This document shows positions 10,065 to 20,130 of a stretch of 64,000 nt of DNA, one piece after another (within the stretch, counting starts at the first letter, position 1; every line of letters starts with the position of its first letter). The notes under the pieces were generated by a model. That model had not been told where the DNA came from. It searched no databases and was given only the letters and a program-made list of their open reading frames with translations. The translations under genes and the position numbers were made by a program. This DNA comes from an uncultured Desulfarculus sp. (lineage in GTDB: Bacteria; Desulfobacterota; Desulfarculia; Desulfarculales; Desulfarculaceae): contig CAXXUK010000002.1 of NCBI GenBank assembly GCA_963665125.2, forward strand, positions 224,001-288,000. Reading direction: 5' to 3'.

Positions 10065-10718
10065 ATGCGGATCATCATCACCGGCGACGGCTCGCCGACA
10101 TTGCACAACGAAAAATACGACGAGGCCTACCACTGCACCAGGGGAGCCGTGACCGAGGCCGCAGGCAAATACGCCGAGCCCTGCCGGGTGGCCGAAACGG
10201 CACGTCAAAACGGACTGTTGCGTATATTGGACATAGGCTTCGGCCTGGGCTACAACGCCTGCGCGGCCATTGACGCCGTGAGCCGGGCCGCGCCCCAAGC
10301 CCTGTTGGACATCGTGGGTCTGGAAAAAGACCCGGCCGCCCTGCAAGCCATCGCGGGCCTTGATCCCGGCTTGCCCAACTACGGCCTGATCAAGGCCTTG
10401 GCCGCCGCCCCCGGCGGGATGTTGCAACAGGGCAACATTAATCTGCGCCTGGTTTTGGGCGACGCCACCGAGACCGTCACCAGCCAGGACGGTCCCTTTG
10501 ACATGGCTTATCACGATCCGTTCTCGCTACGTAAAAACCCGGAAATGTGGACCGCCGGCTTCTTCGGCAATGTGCATGAGTTGCTGGTCCCCGGCGGCGT
10601 GCTGGCCACCTACAGCTGTGCCCGGCATGTGCGGGACAACTTGCGCGCCGCGGGGTTCAGCGTATCCGACGGGCCGGTGCTCAACCGGCGGGGGCCCTGC
10701 ACCCTGGCCTTTAAATAA
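10065..10718 (+). CDS. MnmC/MnmD-like tRNA mnm5s2U methyltransferase domain protein
   Basis: TGDGSPTL...YH, LDIGFGLGYN, DPFS..KNPEMW, LATYS motifs. Confidence 0.85.
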   Translation: MRIIITGDGSPTLHNEKYDEAYHCTRGAVTEAAGKYAEPCRVAETARQNGLLRILDIGFGLGYNACAAIDAVSRAAPQALLDIVGLEKDPAALQAIAGLDPGLPNYGLIKALAAAPGGMLQQGNINLRLVLGDATETVTSQDGPFDMAYHDPFSLRKNPEMWTAGFFGNVHELLVPGGVLATYSCARHVRDNLRAAGFSVSDGPVLNRRGPCTLAFK

Positions 10719-10720
10719 GG

Positions 10721-10757
10721 TTGACAGGTCTCTACTATTTGGCAAAAATGCCAAATA
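10721..10757 (+). promoter_or_regulatory. -35 TTGACA plus ArsR-type operator
   Basis: TTGACA at 10721; palindrome TATTTGGCA-AAAA-TGCCAAATA at 10736-10757. Confidence 0.7.
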
Positions 10758-10774
10758 CAATCATGGAGGTCCCA

Positions 10775-11095
10775 TTGGATCAGGCCAGACAAAACAGGCT
10801 CGAAGCCCGGGCCCGGATTCTCAAGGCCCTGGGCCATCCCAGCCGCCTGCTGATATTGGAGGAATTGGCCACGGGCGAAAAGTGCGTGGCCGAGCTGACC
10901 AAGGCCGTGGGCTCTGATGTTTCCACAGTTTCCAAGCACTTATCATCACTTAGGAACGTCGGACTGGTCCACGACCATCGGCGGGGCAATCAGGTCTTTT
11001 ATCAGATAGCCACGCCCTGCGTCCTGAATTTTTTCAATTGCGTTGAGTCGGTAATCGAAGCAAACATCCAGCAACAGATCTTGTTGATAAAATAA
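10775..11095 (+). CDS. ArsR/SmtB-family regulator
   Basis: KALGHPSRLLIL...EKCVAEL...STVSKHLSSL; GGAGG RBS favours TTG 10775 (ATG 10763 alternative). Confidence 0.9.
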   Translation: MDQARQNRLEARARILKALGHPSRLLILEELATGEKCVAELTKAVGSDVSTVSKHLSSLRNVGLVHDHRRGNQVFYQIATPCVLNFFNCVESVIEANIQQQILLIK

Positions 11096-11111
11096 TTTTC
11101 TTTGATTTGTT

Positions 11112-11129
11112 TTTGGCTTTTTGGCCAAA
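11112..11129. promoter_or_regulatory. Second ArsR operator
   Basis: TTTGGC-N6-GCCAAA, same core as the 10736 site. Confidence 0.6.
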
Positions 11130-11182
11130 TTGCACACAAGCACGCCGAATGTGATCCGTTATCAAAATAAAGGAGGGGGCCG

Positions 11183-11554
11183 ATGTCCAAAGAATGCGCC
11201 TGCAAAACCAACCAAGTGATGATCCTGGCCTGCTCAGGCGGTTCCAATGTAGGCCAGCTGAGCAACCAGGCGGCCATTGAACTGACCCGCGAGGGCGTTG
11301 GCACCATGTTCTGTCTGGCCGGCATCGGCGGCAATCTCTCCGGCTTCGTGCAGTCGGCCGTCGACGTCCCCAAAATGGTGGTCATGGACGGCTGCCAGAT
11401 AGGCTGCGCCAAGGCCATCTTCAAAGAGGCCGGTGTGGACCTGCGGGGGCATATCGTGCTGACCGATCTGGGCATCGAAAAGAACAAGGACTTCGACCTT
11501 AAGCCGGAAGACCTGGCCAAGGTCAAGGAAGCCGCGCGCAAGGCCATCGTCTGA
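11183..11554 (+). CDS. DGC-domain putative zinc-binding protein
   Basis: ACSGGSNVGQ, CLAGIG, DGCQIGC. Confidence 0.88.
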   Translation: MSKECACKTNQVMILACSGGSNVGQLSNQAAIELTREGVGTMFCLAGIGGNLSGFVQSAVDVPKMVVMDGCQIGCAKAIFKEAGVDLRGHIVLTDLGIEKNKDFDLKPEDLAKVKEAARKAIV

Positions 11555-11579
11555 ACCGCCGACTGATTTGGAGGCTCAA

Positions 11580-12104
11580 ATGCTCCTGCAAAGCTATCGT
11601 AAGGAAATTTTCCGGGCTGACTGCAACCACAACTTTGAATCGGTCCACTGCCATGCCCACCTGGACCAGGACGTGGGCGAGTGCCTGCCCTATCTCAACG
11701 CCGAGTTGGGCGGCTTCGAATACATCGACGAGCCCCGTAGCGTGACCTTCCGTTCCCAGGGCAAGATAATCACCGTGCATCCCCGGATGATCGCCGTCAA
11801 CGCCCTGAAAGACGCATCGGACGCCGACAAGATCCTGGAATGGCTCAAAAGCGAGATCAACGATATTTGGGAGCGCAGGGAGGCGATTCAGCCAAGCTTT
11901 GAATCCGCGCCCCGGCCCAGCGTCTTGGAGGTTCTCAAGCTGCTGCCCAAGACCAACTGCAAAAAATGTGGTCAGCCCACCTGCATGGTCTTCGCGGCCC
12001 AGGCGGCCGAGGGAGGCAGAGGGGCCGCGGCCTGTCCGGAGTTGACCGATGAGGCGGCGCGAAAGCTTGACAGCTATCTGGCCGGTTTTTTCGGGGAAGC
12101 GTAA
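11580..12104 (+). CDS. Fe-S-binding protein with C-terminal RnfB/AcsC-type FeS domain
   Basis: LPKTNCKKCGQPTCMVFA...CPEL; GGAGG RBS before ATG 11580. Confidence 0.82.
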   Translation: MLLQSYRKEIFRADCNHNFESVHCHAHLDQDVGECLPYLNAELGGFEYIDEPRSVTFRSQGKIITVHPRMIAVNALKDASDADKILEWLKSEINDIWERREAIQPSFESAPRPSVLEVLKLLPKTNCKKCGQPTCMVFAAQAAEGGRGAAACPELTDEAARKLDSYLAGFFGEA

Positions 12105-12213
12105 TTGTAACCTAATTGCGGCATACACTTAACACGCTTCCCGTGCGTTGGTCTGAAAATAACTACTCGGTGACTTTCAAAAATTATTGATGCTTGAGTA
12201 GTGAGGCCAATGC

Positions 12214-12636
12214 ATGGACAGAGTACTTTTTGTGTGCACTCATAACAGCGCCCGCAGCCAAATGGCCGAGGCCTATTTGCGCCAGATGACCGGCGAGCGT
12301 TTCGAGATTGAAAGTGCGGGCCTGGAGCCCACGGAAATCAATCCCCTGGTTGTTGAGGTAATGAAAGAAGAAGGCATCGACCTCAGCCGGAAAAAAACCC
12401 AGAGCGTGTTTGACCTGTACCAACAGGGCCGCCTGTACAAATATGTCATTACCGTTTGCGAGACCGCCAGGGAGCAGGAATGCCCGATCTTCCCAGGTAT
12501 CACTAAACGGCTGCACCTGCCTTTCGACGACTCGGCGCAGCTGACCGGCACCAGCGAAGAAAAATTGGCGGCTGTTCGCCTCATCCGTGACCGGATCAAG
12601 AACACGATGCAGGCGTTGTCTGAAGAACTGAATTAA
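12214..12636 (+). CDS. arsC: Arsenate reductase, LMW-PTPase/thioredoxin type
   Basis: CTHNSARSQMAE P-loop; TVC...CPIFPG. Confidence 0.88.
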   Translation: MDRVLFVCTHNSARSQMAEAYLRQMTGERFEIESAGLEPTEINPLVVEVMKEEGIDLSRKKTQSVFDLYQQGRLYKYVITVCETAREQECPIFPGITKRLHLPFDDSAQLTGTSEEKLAAVRLIRDRIKNTMQALSEELN

Positions 12637-12660
12637 CGCCCACTATAGCGGTAGGCCACA

Positions 12661-12710
12661 TTGACACCTACCGTTTTAATATGGTATTTATTTCGTTCAT
12701 TGGCGAAATA
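12661..12710 (+). promoter_or_regulatory. sigma70 -35 element and ArsR-type operator of the ars operon
   Basis: TTGACA at 12661; palindrome TATTTCG-N8-CGAAATA at 12689-12710. Confidence 0.65.
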
Positions 12711-12725
12711 TAAAAATGAGAAAAA

Positions 12726-13097
12726 ATGCAGGACATTACAGACATGATCAAGGCGTTGGCCGAAGAAAACCGGCTACGGGTTATCATGGCCCTGCGGGAT
12801 AGCGACTTGTGTGCCTGCCAGATCACCGAACTGTTGGGCCTAGCCCCCTCAACAGTATCCAAGCACATGTCCATCCTGCGTCAGGCCCGGTTGGTGGAAA
12901 GCTGGAAAGAAGGCCGCTGGGTCTACTTTCGACTGGCTGACGGCCAAGCTGCGCCGGGGGTGCGTGAGTTGTTGGACTGGGCCGCCAGATGGCTCCCCGG
13001 CACCAGACAGATCCAGCACGACGCCCGGCGCCTGACAAATGTATTGCAAACCGACCGCGAGGAACTCTGCAGGAAGCAAAACCAATGCAAAAAATAA
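12726..13097 (+). CDS. arsR: ArsR-family repressor
   Basis: KALAEENRLRVI...DLCACQI...PSTVSKHM; heads the arsC-acr3 operon. Confidence 0.9.
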   Translation: MQDITDMIKALAEENRLRVIMALRDSDLCACQITELLGLAPSTVSKHMSILRQARLVESWKEGRWVYFRLADGQAAPGVRELLDWAARWLPGTRQIQHDARRLTNVLQTDREELCRKQNQCKK

Positions 13098-13516
13098 AGA
13101 TTCTCTACCTTTGCACGGGCAACTCCTGCCGCAGCCAAATGGCCGAGGGCTGGACCAACCATTTGCGCGGCGATGAATTCGAAGCCGTCAGCGCCGGAGT
13201 GGCCCCCAAGGGCGTGGAACCGCGGGCCGTCATGGTCATGGCCGAGGCCGGGGTGGACATTTCCGGCCAGGGCAGCAAGGACGTGGAGCAGTTTATCGGC
13301 GGGGATTGGGACTGGGTGGTGACCCTGTGCGACAACGCCAACGAGGCCTGCCCGTTCTTTCCGGGCAATGTGCGGCGGGTGCACCGGGGCTTTGACGACC
13401 CGCCCAGACTGGCCCGGGGCGCGGACGATGAAGAACAGGCCCTTGCCCATTACCGCCGGGTGCGCGACGAAATAAAAGCCATGGTCGAGGCGTTGCCCGG
13501 ATCATTGGAAGATTAA
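13085..13516 (+). CDS. arsC: Arsenate reductase, thioredoxin type
   Basis: [15 protein letters not shown]...CPFFPG, FDDP; true start ATG 13085. Confidence 0.92.
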   Translation: MQKIKILYLCTGNSCRSQMAEGWTNHLRGDEFEAVSAGVAPKGVEPRAVMVMAEAGVDISGQGSKDVEQFIGGDWDWVVTLCDNANEACPFFPGNVRRVHRGFDDPPRLARGADDEEQALAHYRRVRDEIKAMVEALPGSLED

Positions 13517-13527
13517 CCGGCGGCGGG

Positions 13528-14625
13528 ATGAACATGAACCAAGCAGCCCCCAAAAGACTGTCTTTTCTGGACCGCTTTCTGACCCTGTGGATATTCCTGG
13601 CCATGTTCGTGGGCGTGGGCCTGGGCTATCTGTATCCCGGCGTCAAGAACGTCATCAACTACTTCTCGGTCGGCACCACCAACATCCCCATCGCCATCGG
13701 CCTGATCCTGATGATGTATCCGCCGCTGGCCAAGGTCAAATACGAGCAGTTGGGCCAGGTCTTCCGCAACGGCAAGGTTTTGCTGCTTTCGCTTGTGCAA
13801 AACTGGCTCATCGGCCCGGTGCTGATGTTCCTGCTGGCCATTGCCTTCTTGAGTGGCCATCACGAGTACATGGTGGGCCTGATCCTCATCGGCCTAGCCC
13901 GCTGCATCGCCATGGTCATCGTCTGGAACGACCTGGCCAGGGGCGACACCGAGTACTGCGCCGGGCTGGTGGCCTTCAACAGCATTTTCCAGGTGCTGTT
14001 CTTTTCGGTCTACGCCTGGTTCTTCATCACCATGCTGCCGGAGTGGCTTGGCCTGGAAGGCGTGGTGGTGGACATCTCCATCGGCCAGATCGCCGAGAGC
14101 GTGTTCATCTACCTGGGCATTCCCTTCATCGCCGGGATCATCAGCCGGGTGGTGGGCCTGAAGCTAAAGGGCAGGGGCTGGTATGAAAACGTATTCATCC
14201 CCCGTATCAGCCCCATGACCCTTGTCGCCCTGCTGTTCACCATTCTGGTGATGTTTTCCCTCAAGGGCGACTATATCGTCGAACTGCCCCTGGACGTGAT
14301 CCGGGTGGCCATTCCTCTTACCATCTATTTCCTGGTCATGTTTCTGGTAAGCTTTTTCCTATCCATAAAGGCCAAGGCCACCTATGAGCAGGCCACAACG
14401 CTTTCCTTCACAGCGGCCAGCAACAACTTCGAGCTGGCCATCGCCGTGGCCGTGGCCGTGTTCGGCATCGACTCGGGCCAGGCCTTTGCCGCGGTTATCG
14501 GCCCCCTGGTGGAGGTGCCGGTGCTTATCGCCCTAGTGGGCGTGGCCCTGCGCTTCAAGCAAAAGTATTTCCCCTTTGCCAAGCAGACACCAACAAGCGT
14601 CTGCCACGTGACATGCCAAGACTAA
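13528..14625 (+). CDS. acr3: Arsenite efflux transporter Acr3
   Basis: [49 protein letters not shown]. Confidence 0.96.
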   Translation: MNMNQAAPKRLSFLDRFLTLWIFLAMFVGVGLGYLYPGVKNVINYFSVGTTNIPIAIGLILMMYPPLAKVKYEQLGQVFRNGKVLLLSLVQNWLIGPVLMFLLAIAFLSGHHEYMVGLILIGLARCIAMVIVWNDLARGDTEYCAGLVAFNSIFQVLFFSVYAWFFITMLPEWLGLEGVVVDISIGQIAESVFIYLGIPFIAGIISRVVGLKLKGRGWYENVFIPRISPMTLVALLFTILVMFSLKGDYIVELPLDVIRVAIPLTIYFLVMFLVSFFLSIKAKATYEQATTLSFTAASNNFELAIAVAVAVFGIDSGQAFAAVIGPLVEVPVLIALVGVALRFKQKYFPFAKQTPTSVCHVTCQD

Positions 14626-14641
14626 CCCCGCATCGAGGAAA

Positions 14642-15022
14642 ATGATGAAACGCTTCAAATTAGTTATTTGTCTTCTGTCCCTGACTCTGGTGTTGGCCCT
14701 TGGCGGCAACAGCATCGCCAACGACCAGGAAAAATATATCGTGCCCGGCAAGGTGACCCTGATCGACCTGGGCTCCCACAAGTGCCTGCCATGCAGGATG
14801 ATGACCCCCATCCTCAACCAGCTGAAAAGGGAATATGAAAACAAGGCGGCCATTGTGTTCCTGGACGTCTGGCAGGACCAGGAGGTGGCCAAGGTCTTCG
14901 GCATCAGGGTCATCCCGACCCAGGTTTTCTTTAATGAAAAAGGCGAGGAAATACTGCGCCACGAAGGATTCATGGACAAGCAGACCATCGTGGACCAGCT
15001 TGCCAGAATGGGCGTGAAGTAG
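14642..15022 (+). CDS. Exported thioredoxin-family protein
   Basis: Signal peptide; CLPC active site; IPTQVFF. Confidence 0.85.
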   Translation: MMKRFKLVICLLSLTLVLALGGNSIANDQEKYIVPGKVTLIDLGSHKCLPCRMMTPILNQLKREYENKAAIVFLDVWQDQEVAKVFGIRVIPTQVFFNEKGEEILRHEGFMDKQTIVDQLARMGVK

Positions 15023-15025
15023 ACC

Positions 15026-15730
15026 TTGGACCAGCTGCTGATCACCATAAACACCTGGATCACCTCGGGCAGCTGGGTGGCCGCCGCAGGCTGCTTTGTT
15101 TGGGGCGTAATCAGCGTGATGCTCAGCCCCTGCCATCTGGCCTCTATACCGTTGATAGTGACTTACGTGGCCGGCCAGGAAAAAGCCGTGAACCCGCGCC
15201 AAGCCGCGCTTTATTCGTTCATCTTCACCGGCGGGCTGTTCATCACCATCGCCCTTGTGGGGGTGATCTGTTCGATGATGGGCGTCATGCTTGGCGATAT
15301 CGGCCCGTACTGGACCATCCTGGTCGGCGTGCTGCTGTTGTGGGTGGCCCTGGACATGATCGGCGTCAGCGCCCTGTCCATGTCCGGCGGCCTGATGAAC
15401 AATCTCAAGGTCAAGGGCCTGCCCGGGGCCTTTGTCCTGGGCCTGGCCTACGGCGTATTGTCCGGCTCGTGCACCTTCGGGTTCATCGCCCCGATCCTGG
15501 CCATCATCACCGTGCAGAAGCAGATCGCCACGGGTCTGTTGTTCATCATATTGTTCGGCATCGGTCATTCCCTGCCCATCGCCCTGGCGGGCAGTTCCAC
15601 GGCCCTGGTGGGCAAGGTTCTGGAAAACGGCTCCTTTCAAAAGGGCAGCATGTGGTTCCGCCGGGTGGCCGGAGTGGGCATCGCCCTGTTGGGCGTCTAC
15701 TTTATCGTCTCACCGTTCGTCACTGTTTGA
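15026..15730 (+). CDS. CcdA/DsbD-type transmembrane disulfide reductant
   Basis: LSPCHL..IP and SGSCT...P cysteine motifs, about 6 TM helices. Confidence 0.88.
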   Translation: MDQLLITINTWITSGSWVAAAGCFVWGVISVMLSPCHLASIPLIVTYVAGQEKAVNPRQAALYSFIFTGGLFITIALVGVICSMMGVMLGDIGPYWTILVGVLLLWVALDMIGVSALSMSGGLMNNLKVKGLPGAFVLGLAYGVLSGSCTFGFIAPILAIITVQKQIATGLLFIILFGIGHSLPIALAGSSTALVGKVLENGSFQKGSMWFRRVAGVGIALLGVYFIVSPFVTV

Positions 15731-17094
15731 GCCTTATCGCCGTGTACAACTCCGCAAGGGCCCCGCGCCGGTTCAGCCTGATTTTGCTTGCCGCCGCATT
15801 TGTTTTTTGGGGGCCCGCCCAGACCAATGCCGAGCCCAAAAACTGGAACAGGACCAGCGAAGTCTGGAGCAACGACGCCTTGACCCTGGGCATGGGCCTG
15901 GAGGTGCGGCTGCGCTATGAATCCCTGGACGGCTACACCATCAATCGCTACGACCCCAAGGCCCACGACGATGTGCTGCTCAGCCGGATCAGGTTCAACA
16001 CATCTCTGGACACGAAATGGGGGCCGTCGGTATTCGTGCAGCTCCAGGACTCGCGCTTTTGGTTATCCATGATGGAGGACGACCCCTCGTCCAAAAGCCC
16101 GTACCAGAACCTGCTGGACCTGCGCCAGGCCTATTTCCAGTGGCTGGGCCTTGGCGGCTCGCCCCTGGGCCTGCGTCTGGGCCGTCAGACCCTGGTCTAC
16201 GGCGATTCGCGGATATTCAGCGAAAGCAATTGGGGCAACGTGGGGTCCTACACCTGGGACATCGGCAAGGCCATGTGGGACAGCGGCATATACAAGATCG
16301 ACGGGTTCTGGGGCCAGCGGGTCTATTACAACAAGTCGGCCTTTGACAGCGAACACTACGACTATGACTTGGGCGCGCTATACGCCCAGATCAACCCGGA
16401 GGGGCCATATGGCCTGGACCTGTTCTACGTGCGCAAGTACGACCTGGACGGCGTTTTTAAGGGCGAAACAGGCACCGGCGACCTTGACGTGAACACCATC
16501 GGCTTTTATGTCCACGGCAAGCGCGGCGGCCTGAAGTGGCGGGGCACCCTGGCCGTGCAAGGCGGTGATATTGGCGGCGACCGGCTGGAGGCCTGGGGCG
16601 GCAACGTCACCGTGGACTACACCTGGGCCATGCCTTTGCGGCCCGGCGTGGAGGCGGCGGTGTCCTATGCCTCGGGCGACGAAGACCCCCACGACGGCCA
16701 AGACAACACCTTCCAGCAGGTCTTCGGCGCGGTGGACCGCTACTACGGCCTGATGAACCTGTTCTGCTGGTCGAATTTGCAGGACTACCAACTGGGCCTG
16801 CGCCTGGAGCCGCTCAAGGGTTTCCACATGGGCCTGGACTGGCACCACTTCAGCCTGGCCCAAGCCAGCGACGCCTGGTATTACCGCAACGGCTCGGTCA
16901 TGCGCCGCGACGAAACCGGCCGATCCGGCACGGACCTGGGGCAAGAGCTTGATTTTTTCGTGCGCTGGAACCAGACCAAGCACATCGAATGGCGCTCCGG
17001 ACTGTGCCGCTTTTTCCCCGGCGAATTCATCCAAAACACCGGCCCTTCCGGGAATGCCACCTGGTTCTTTTTGCAGGTCAGGCTGTCGTATTAA
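15727..17094 (+). CDS. Alginate-export-family outer-membrane beta-barrel
   Basis: Signal peptide, RLRYE, DLRQAY, GRQ.L.YGD.R, YASGD, terminal aromatic residue; real start near 15727-15742, not 15100. Confidence 0.8.
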   Translation: MSLIAVYNSARAPRRFSLILLAAAFVFWGPAQTNAEPKNWNRTSEVWSNDALTLGMGLEVRLRYESLDGYTINRYDPKAHDDVLLSRIRFNTSLDTKWGPSVFVQLQDSRFWLSMMEDDPSSKSPYQNLLDLRQAYFQWLGLGGSPLGLRLGRQTLVYGDSRIFSESNWGNVGSYTWDIGKAMWDSGIYKIDGFWGQRVYYNKSAFDSEHYDYDLGALYAQINPEGPYGLDLFYVRKYDLDGVFKGETGTGDLDVNTIGFYVHGKRGGLKWRGTLAVQGGDIGGDRLEAWGGNVTVDYTWAMPLRPGVEAAVSYASGDEDPHDGQDNTFQQVFGAVDRYYGLMNLFCWSNLQDYQLGLRLEPLKGFHMGLDWHHFSLAQASDAWYYRNGSVMRRDETGRSGTDLGQELDFFVRWNQTKHIEWRSGLCRFFPGEFIQNTGPSGNATWFFLQVRLSY

Positions 17095-17289
17095 TCCGGC
17101 CGCCGATTCCCGAAGCGCCTCACTGCCCCGCCCCCTGATCCAGCATTAATTGCCTTTCAATCGGCCCCGCCCCTGAAGTATGCTTCTAGCATTCTTAAAA
17201 GGGAGGCTAGTAATTGCCTGCCCGATCATCCTTAGTCGAGCCGCCAAGCTATCCAACAAGTTGGGGCCACCACTAAGCAAGAGGAAAAA

Positions 17290-17739
17290 ATGGGAAATAA
17301 TACCAAAATCGGAATAGTCATTTGTGATCGCTACCGTGGGTGTGCCGGGGGGAAATGCTTTAGGTCAATGCGGGACAGAGAAGGCGCCTTTAAAATTTAC
17401 AACAAGGAGGACCAACTGGAAATCGTGGGATATACCTCGTGCGGAGGGTGCCCGGGGGGGAACATAGAATACGCCCCAGAGGAAATGCTCAAAAACGGAG
17501 CCCAGGTCATTCACTTTGCCACCGGGCTTGTCGTAGGGTATCCCCCTTGTCCGCATATTGCTTATTTCAAAAAATTCATCGAGGGAAAATATGGGCTGGA
17601 AGTGGTAATCGGAACCCACCCAATTCCTCAAAAATATGTTGAAGCACACAAAAAACTTGGGACCTGGGATGCACCCGAATGGGATGAATTTACAGCGCCG
17701 ACCCTGGACGATGAAAAAGTGCGTTTGGCCTATAACTAA
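17290..17739 (+). CDS. CGGC-domain protein
   Basis: ICDRYRGCAGGKC, SCGGCPG, PCPH, IGTH. Confidence 0.9.
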   Translation: MGNNTKIGIVICDRYRGCAGGKCFRSMRDREGAFKIYNKEDQLEIVGYTSCGGCPGGNIEYAPEEMLKNGAQVIHFATGLVVGYPPCPHIAYFKKFIEGKYGLEVVIGTHPIPQKYVEAHKKLGTWDAPEWDEFTAPTLDDEKVRLAYN

Positions 17740-17837
17740 GCCGAATAGTTTTAAGATATCCATTCTTCGCGGTTAAAACACAAGGGATTAGGCTTGACGG
17801 CCTAATCCCGCATAATAGCTTCTCCCTTCCTCTGGCC

Positions 17838-18254
17838 ATGCCTCCTAGAACAACATTAATCCCCTGTAGCTTGTTTGCTATCATGAGCCCTGCTGCAAAC
17901 AATGCCTTTAGGGGCAGCCCCTTGAATGAAGCCCGCGATGCATATGAAAAGGCCACCGCTGAAAATTTACCCGGCGACGTCAATTGGCTGGACGAAATGA
18001 TCGAGTCCGGCAAAAGGTCGGACGCTGAGCTGGCCGCCGACAGGCAACTGGTCAAAGATATGGAGGCCCTGACCGAAGACCCGCGTAATGACCCCGGCGA
18101 AAAATGGGACCGCAAGGTGGGCTGGAAAAACGAGGCCCAGTATGAATATGCCGAGCGCTATCGCAAATTCGCCAAACTGTTCTTTGAGGTCAAGCTTGAC
18201 AACATGACCCTGGATTCCGATGATCTGCGAGGCGATCCCGGCGAAGGACGCTGA
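17838..18254 (+). CDS. Hypothetical protein, probably a 5'-truncated C-terminal fragment
   Basis: First ~30 codons look non-coding; the rest is a charged helical coding-like segment ending 20 bp before the next gene. Confidence 0.45.
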   Translation: MPPRTTLIPCSLFAIMSPAANNAFRGSPLNEARDAYEKATAENLPGDVNWLDEMIESGKRSDAELAADRQLVKDMEALTEDPRNDPGEKWDRKVGWKNEAQYEYAERYRKFAKLFFEVKLDNMTLDSDDLRGDPGEGR

Positions 18255-18274
18255 TTCGCAGTAGGGGGGAAATT

Positions 18275-19468
18275 ATGCCCAAATGTAGAAACATCAAGTT
18301 GGTATTCATGGCCGCGCTGCTTTGGCTGGGCTGTTCGGCCTGCCTGGGCCCACAAATTGATGTGCCTCCACAGCCGAGGCCGCCAGGCTGGAATATCGAC
18401 TCAGTTACTTTTTCGCCCAAAGGCGACGATATTTTGTTCCGGCTAAACGCTAACAAGGTGGGGATTCGCTGCGGTCTCTATTTGATGGACTCCAAAGGCA
18501 AGGTCAAAAGGCAGTATTTCGTTGATCCTGGCGAGTTCTGGCGCGTCAGGGCCGCCTTTACCCCTGACGGCGAAAAGGTTGCCTTTGTCATTGATACCGG
18601 TGATGAGCCCCGCAACATATTCATAATGGACAAAGACGGAGGAAATTTGCGGCGGCTGACCACGGGCCAGTACCAGGACGATTTTCCGCATTTCACCCCG
18701 GACGGCAAACGGCTCTACTTTATGCGGCAGCAAAAAAGGCCCAATGACAGGGAATATCTGAGACACAACAGCATCTGTTATGTGGACATGGCTACCGAAG
18801 AGACTGTCACGGCCGCTGAAATCAAAATGAAGTATCACATAGGCTATATGGCCCCAATGTCCGATTGGCAATATCTATTCATCGACACTAAAGACACTGG
18901 CTATGGTTCGTTACTGGACCTGGGCCATTTGTTCTGGAAGATGAGCATGAGGGATCCTCAGAAGATGTGGCCCATAGAACCCGATCTGGCTCCAGTGGTC
19001 AAGGTGCCGCTGCCCAGGCGAAAGCAGACCCTTGATATAGAACACTATCACCACCCGGACGGCACTGTTTTTTCAGTGCGTGATATGCCTTACGGCAAAA
19101 AAGAAGTGGCCTACCTGGAGTTCGATGAGCCGTGGGTTTCCATGGATGGCAACTGGCTGGCCTTTGCCTGGCGACCATTCGGGAAAAGGGACTATCAGGG
19201 CGACTATATCGACGACATGTTGTTTTTGACCGACTTGCGGACCATGAAAACCATCAGGGTCAAGTCTCCCGGCAGCATGGCCCTGCCCGAGGCCGTTAAC
19301 GCCGACGGCACAAAGGTCCTTTTTAACACATGGACGGGGCCGGGCCTGGCTTCCGACAACGAACTGAGGCCCTGCATCTACGACCGCACCACGGGCAAGA
19401 TCCATAAATTCCCGCTGGACTTTACCCAATGCGCGACCCCGCCCAAGCTGACAGGATTACCCAAATGA
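18275..19468 (+). CDS. TolB-like (PD40) beta-propeller lipoprotein
   Basis: Lipoprotein-like signal (LGCSAC); repeats FSPKGDDILF, FTPDGEKVAF, FTPDGKRLYF, SMDGNWLAF, NADGTKVLF. Confidence 0.82.
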   Translation: MPKCRNIKLVFMAALLWLGCSACLGPQIDVPPQPRPPGWNIDSVTFSPKGDDILFRLNANKVGIRCGLYLMDSKGKVKRQYFVDPGEFWRVRAAFTPDGEKVAFVIDTGDEPRNIFIMDKDGGNLRRLTTGQYQDDFPHFTPDGKRLYFMRQQKRPNDREYLRHNSICYVDMATEETVTAAEIKMKYHIGYMAPMSDWQYLFIDTKDTGYGSLLDLGHLFWKMSMRDPQKMWPIEPDLAPVVKVPLPRRKQTLDIEHYHHPDGTVFSVRDMPYGKKEVAYLEFDEPWVSMDGNWLAFAWRPFGKRDYQGDYIDDMLFLTDLRTMKTIRVKSPGSMALPEAVNADGTKVLFNTWTGPGLASDNELRPCIYDRTTGKIHKFPLDFTQCATPPKLTGLPK

Positions 19469-20100
19469 ACCAGTTGCAAAAAGAAGCCAAAACATATCTG
19501 AAAGACCTCCTGGCCCAGGGTCACGAGGCCCAGCGCAAGCGCCTGAAAAATGTGTGGGAGCCCGAGGTCATCGCGATCATGGACGCCACGGCCAACCAGT
19601 GTTTGGCCGTGGCGCGGCTGATGATTAAGCGCTATACCGAGGCCAAGCCCGATGCCGCGAGCTACGCCGGATTGCAACAGCCGCTGAATCGGGCCTGGGC
19701 CAGTATCGTGGCCGGCCGGACCGAACAGGCCAAGCAGGTCATCCAGGACGGCGTAAGGAGTTTGGCCCGAAGCACGGCCGAGTCCCTGACCATCGGCGGG
19801 CTGGCCGCGCCAGTGCCCACACTGGAGTCGCTACACCCCATCGAAGCTGAAATAGTGGACGACCTGGCCGGCGGCAAGGAACTGGATTCTTACGTGGCCC
19901 GGCACTGCTCGGCATTCAGCAAGGCCGTGGCCGCCCAACTGCGCCTGGCCAAGCCGGGCAACGAGGCCAAACTGGACATGCGGCTTGAGGCCGCGGCCGC
20001 CATGTTCAGGGTAAATCTGCACACCGTGGCCCGGACAATGCTCTTCCAGGCCGCCCACCAGACACAACGCGCCGTCACCAGGCCGTTGAGCGCTGCCTGA
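19465..20100 (+). CDS. Hypothetical helical protein, weakly like phage head-morphogenesis (Mu F/SPP1 gp7) proteins
   Basis: ATG overlaps upstream stop; C-terminal LHTVARTMLFQAAHQ resembles the IARTE motif. Confidence 0.5.
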   Translation: MNQLQKEAKTYLKDLLAQGHEAQRKRLKNVWEPEVIAIMDATANQCLAVARLMIKRYTEAKPDAASYAGLQQPLNRAWASIVAGRTEQAKQVIQDGVRSLARSTAESLTIGGLAAPVPTLESLHPIEAEIVDDLAGGKELDSYVARHCSAFSKAVAAQLRLAKPGNEAKLDMRLEAAAAMFRVNLHTVARTMLFQAAHQTQRAVTRPLSAA

Positions 20101-20130
20101 CAACGGAGCGTAGGTTTTATTTAGGCTATA

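Noticed and set aside
15100..15726. N-terminal 209 aa of the 664-aa ORF
   Set aside because: Shadow frame over ccdA; the barrel's signal peptide starts near 15727-15742
11183..17739. Selenocysteine read-through in DGC, ArsC, thioredoxin or CGGC genes
   Set aside because: All motif positions are ordinary Cys codons, and no in-frame TGA interrupts the domains
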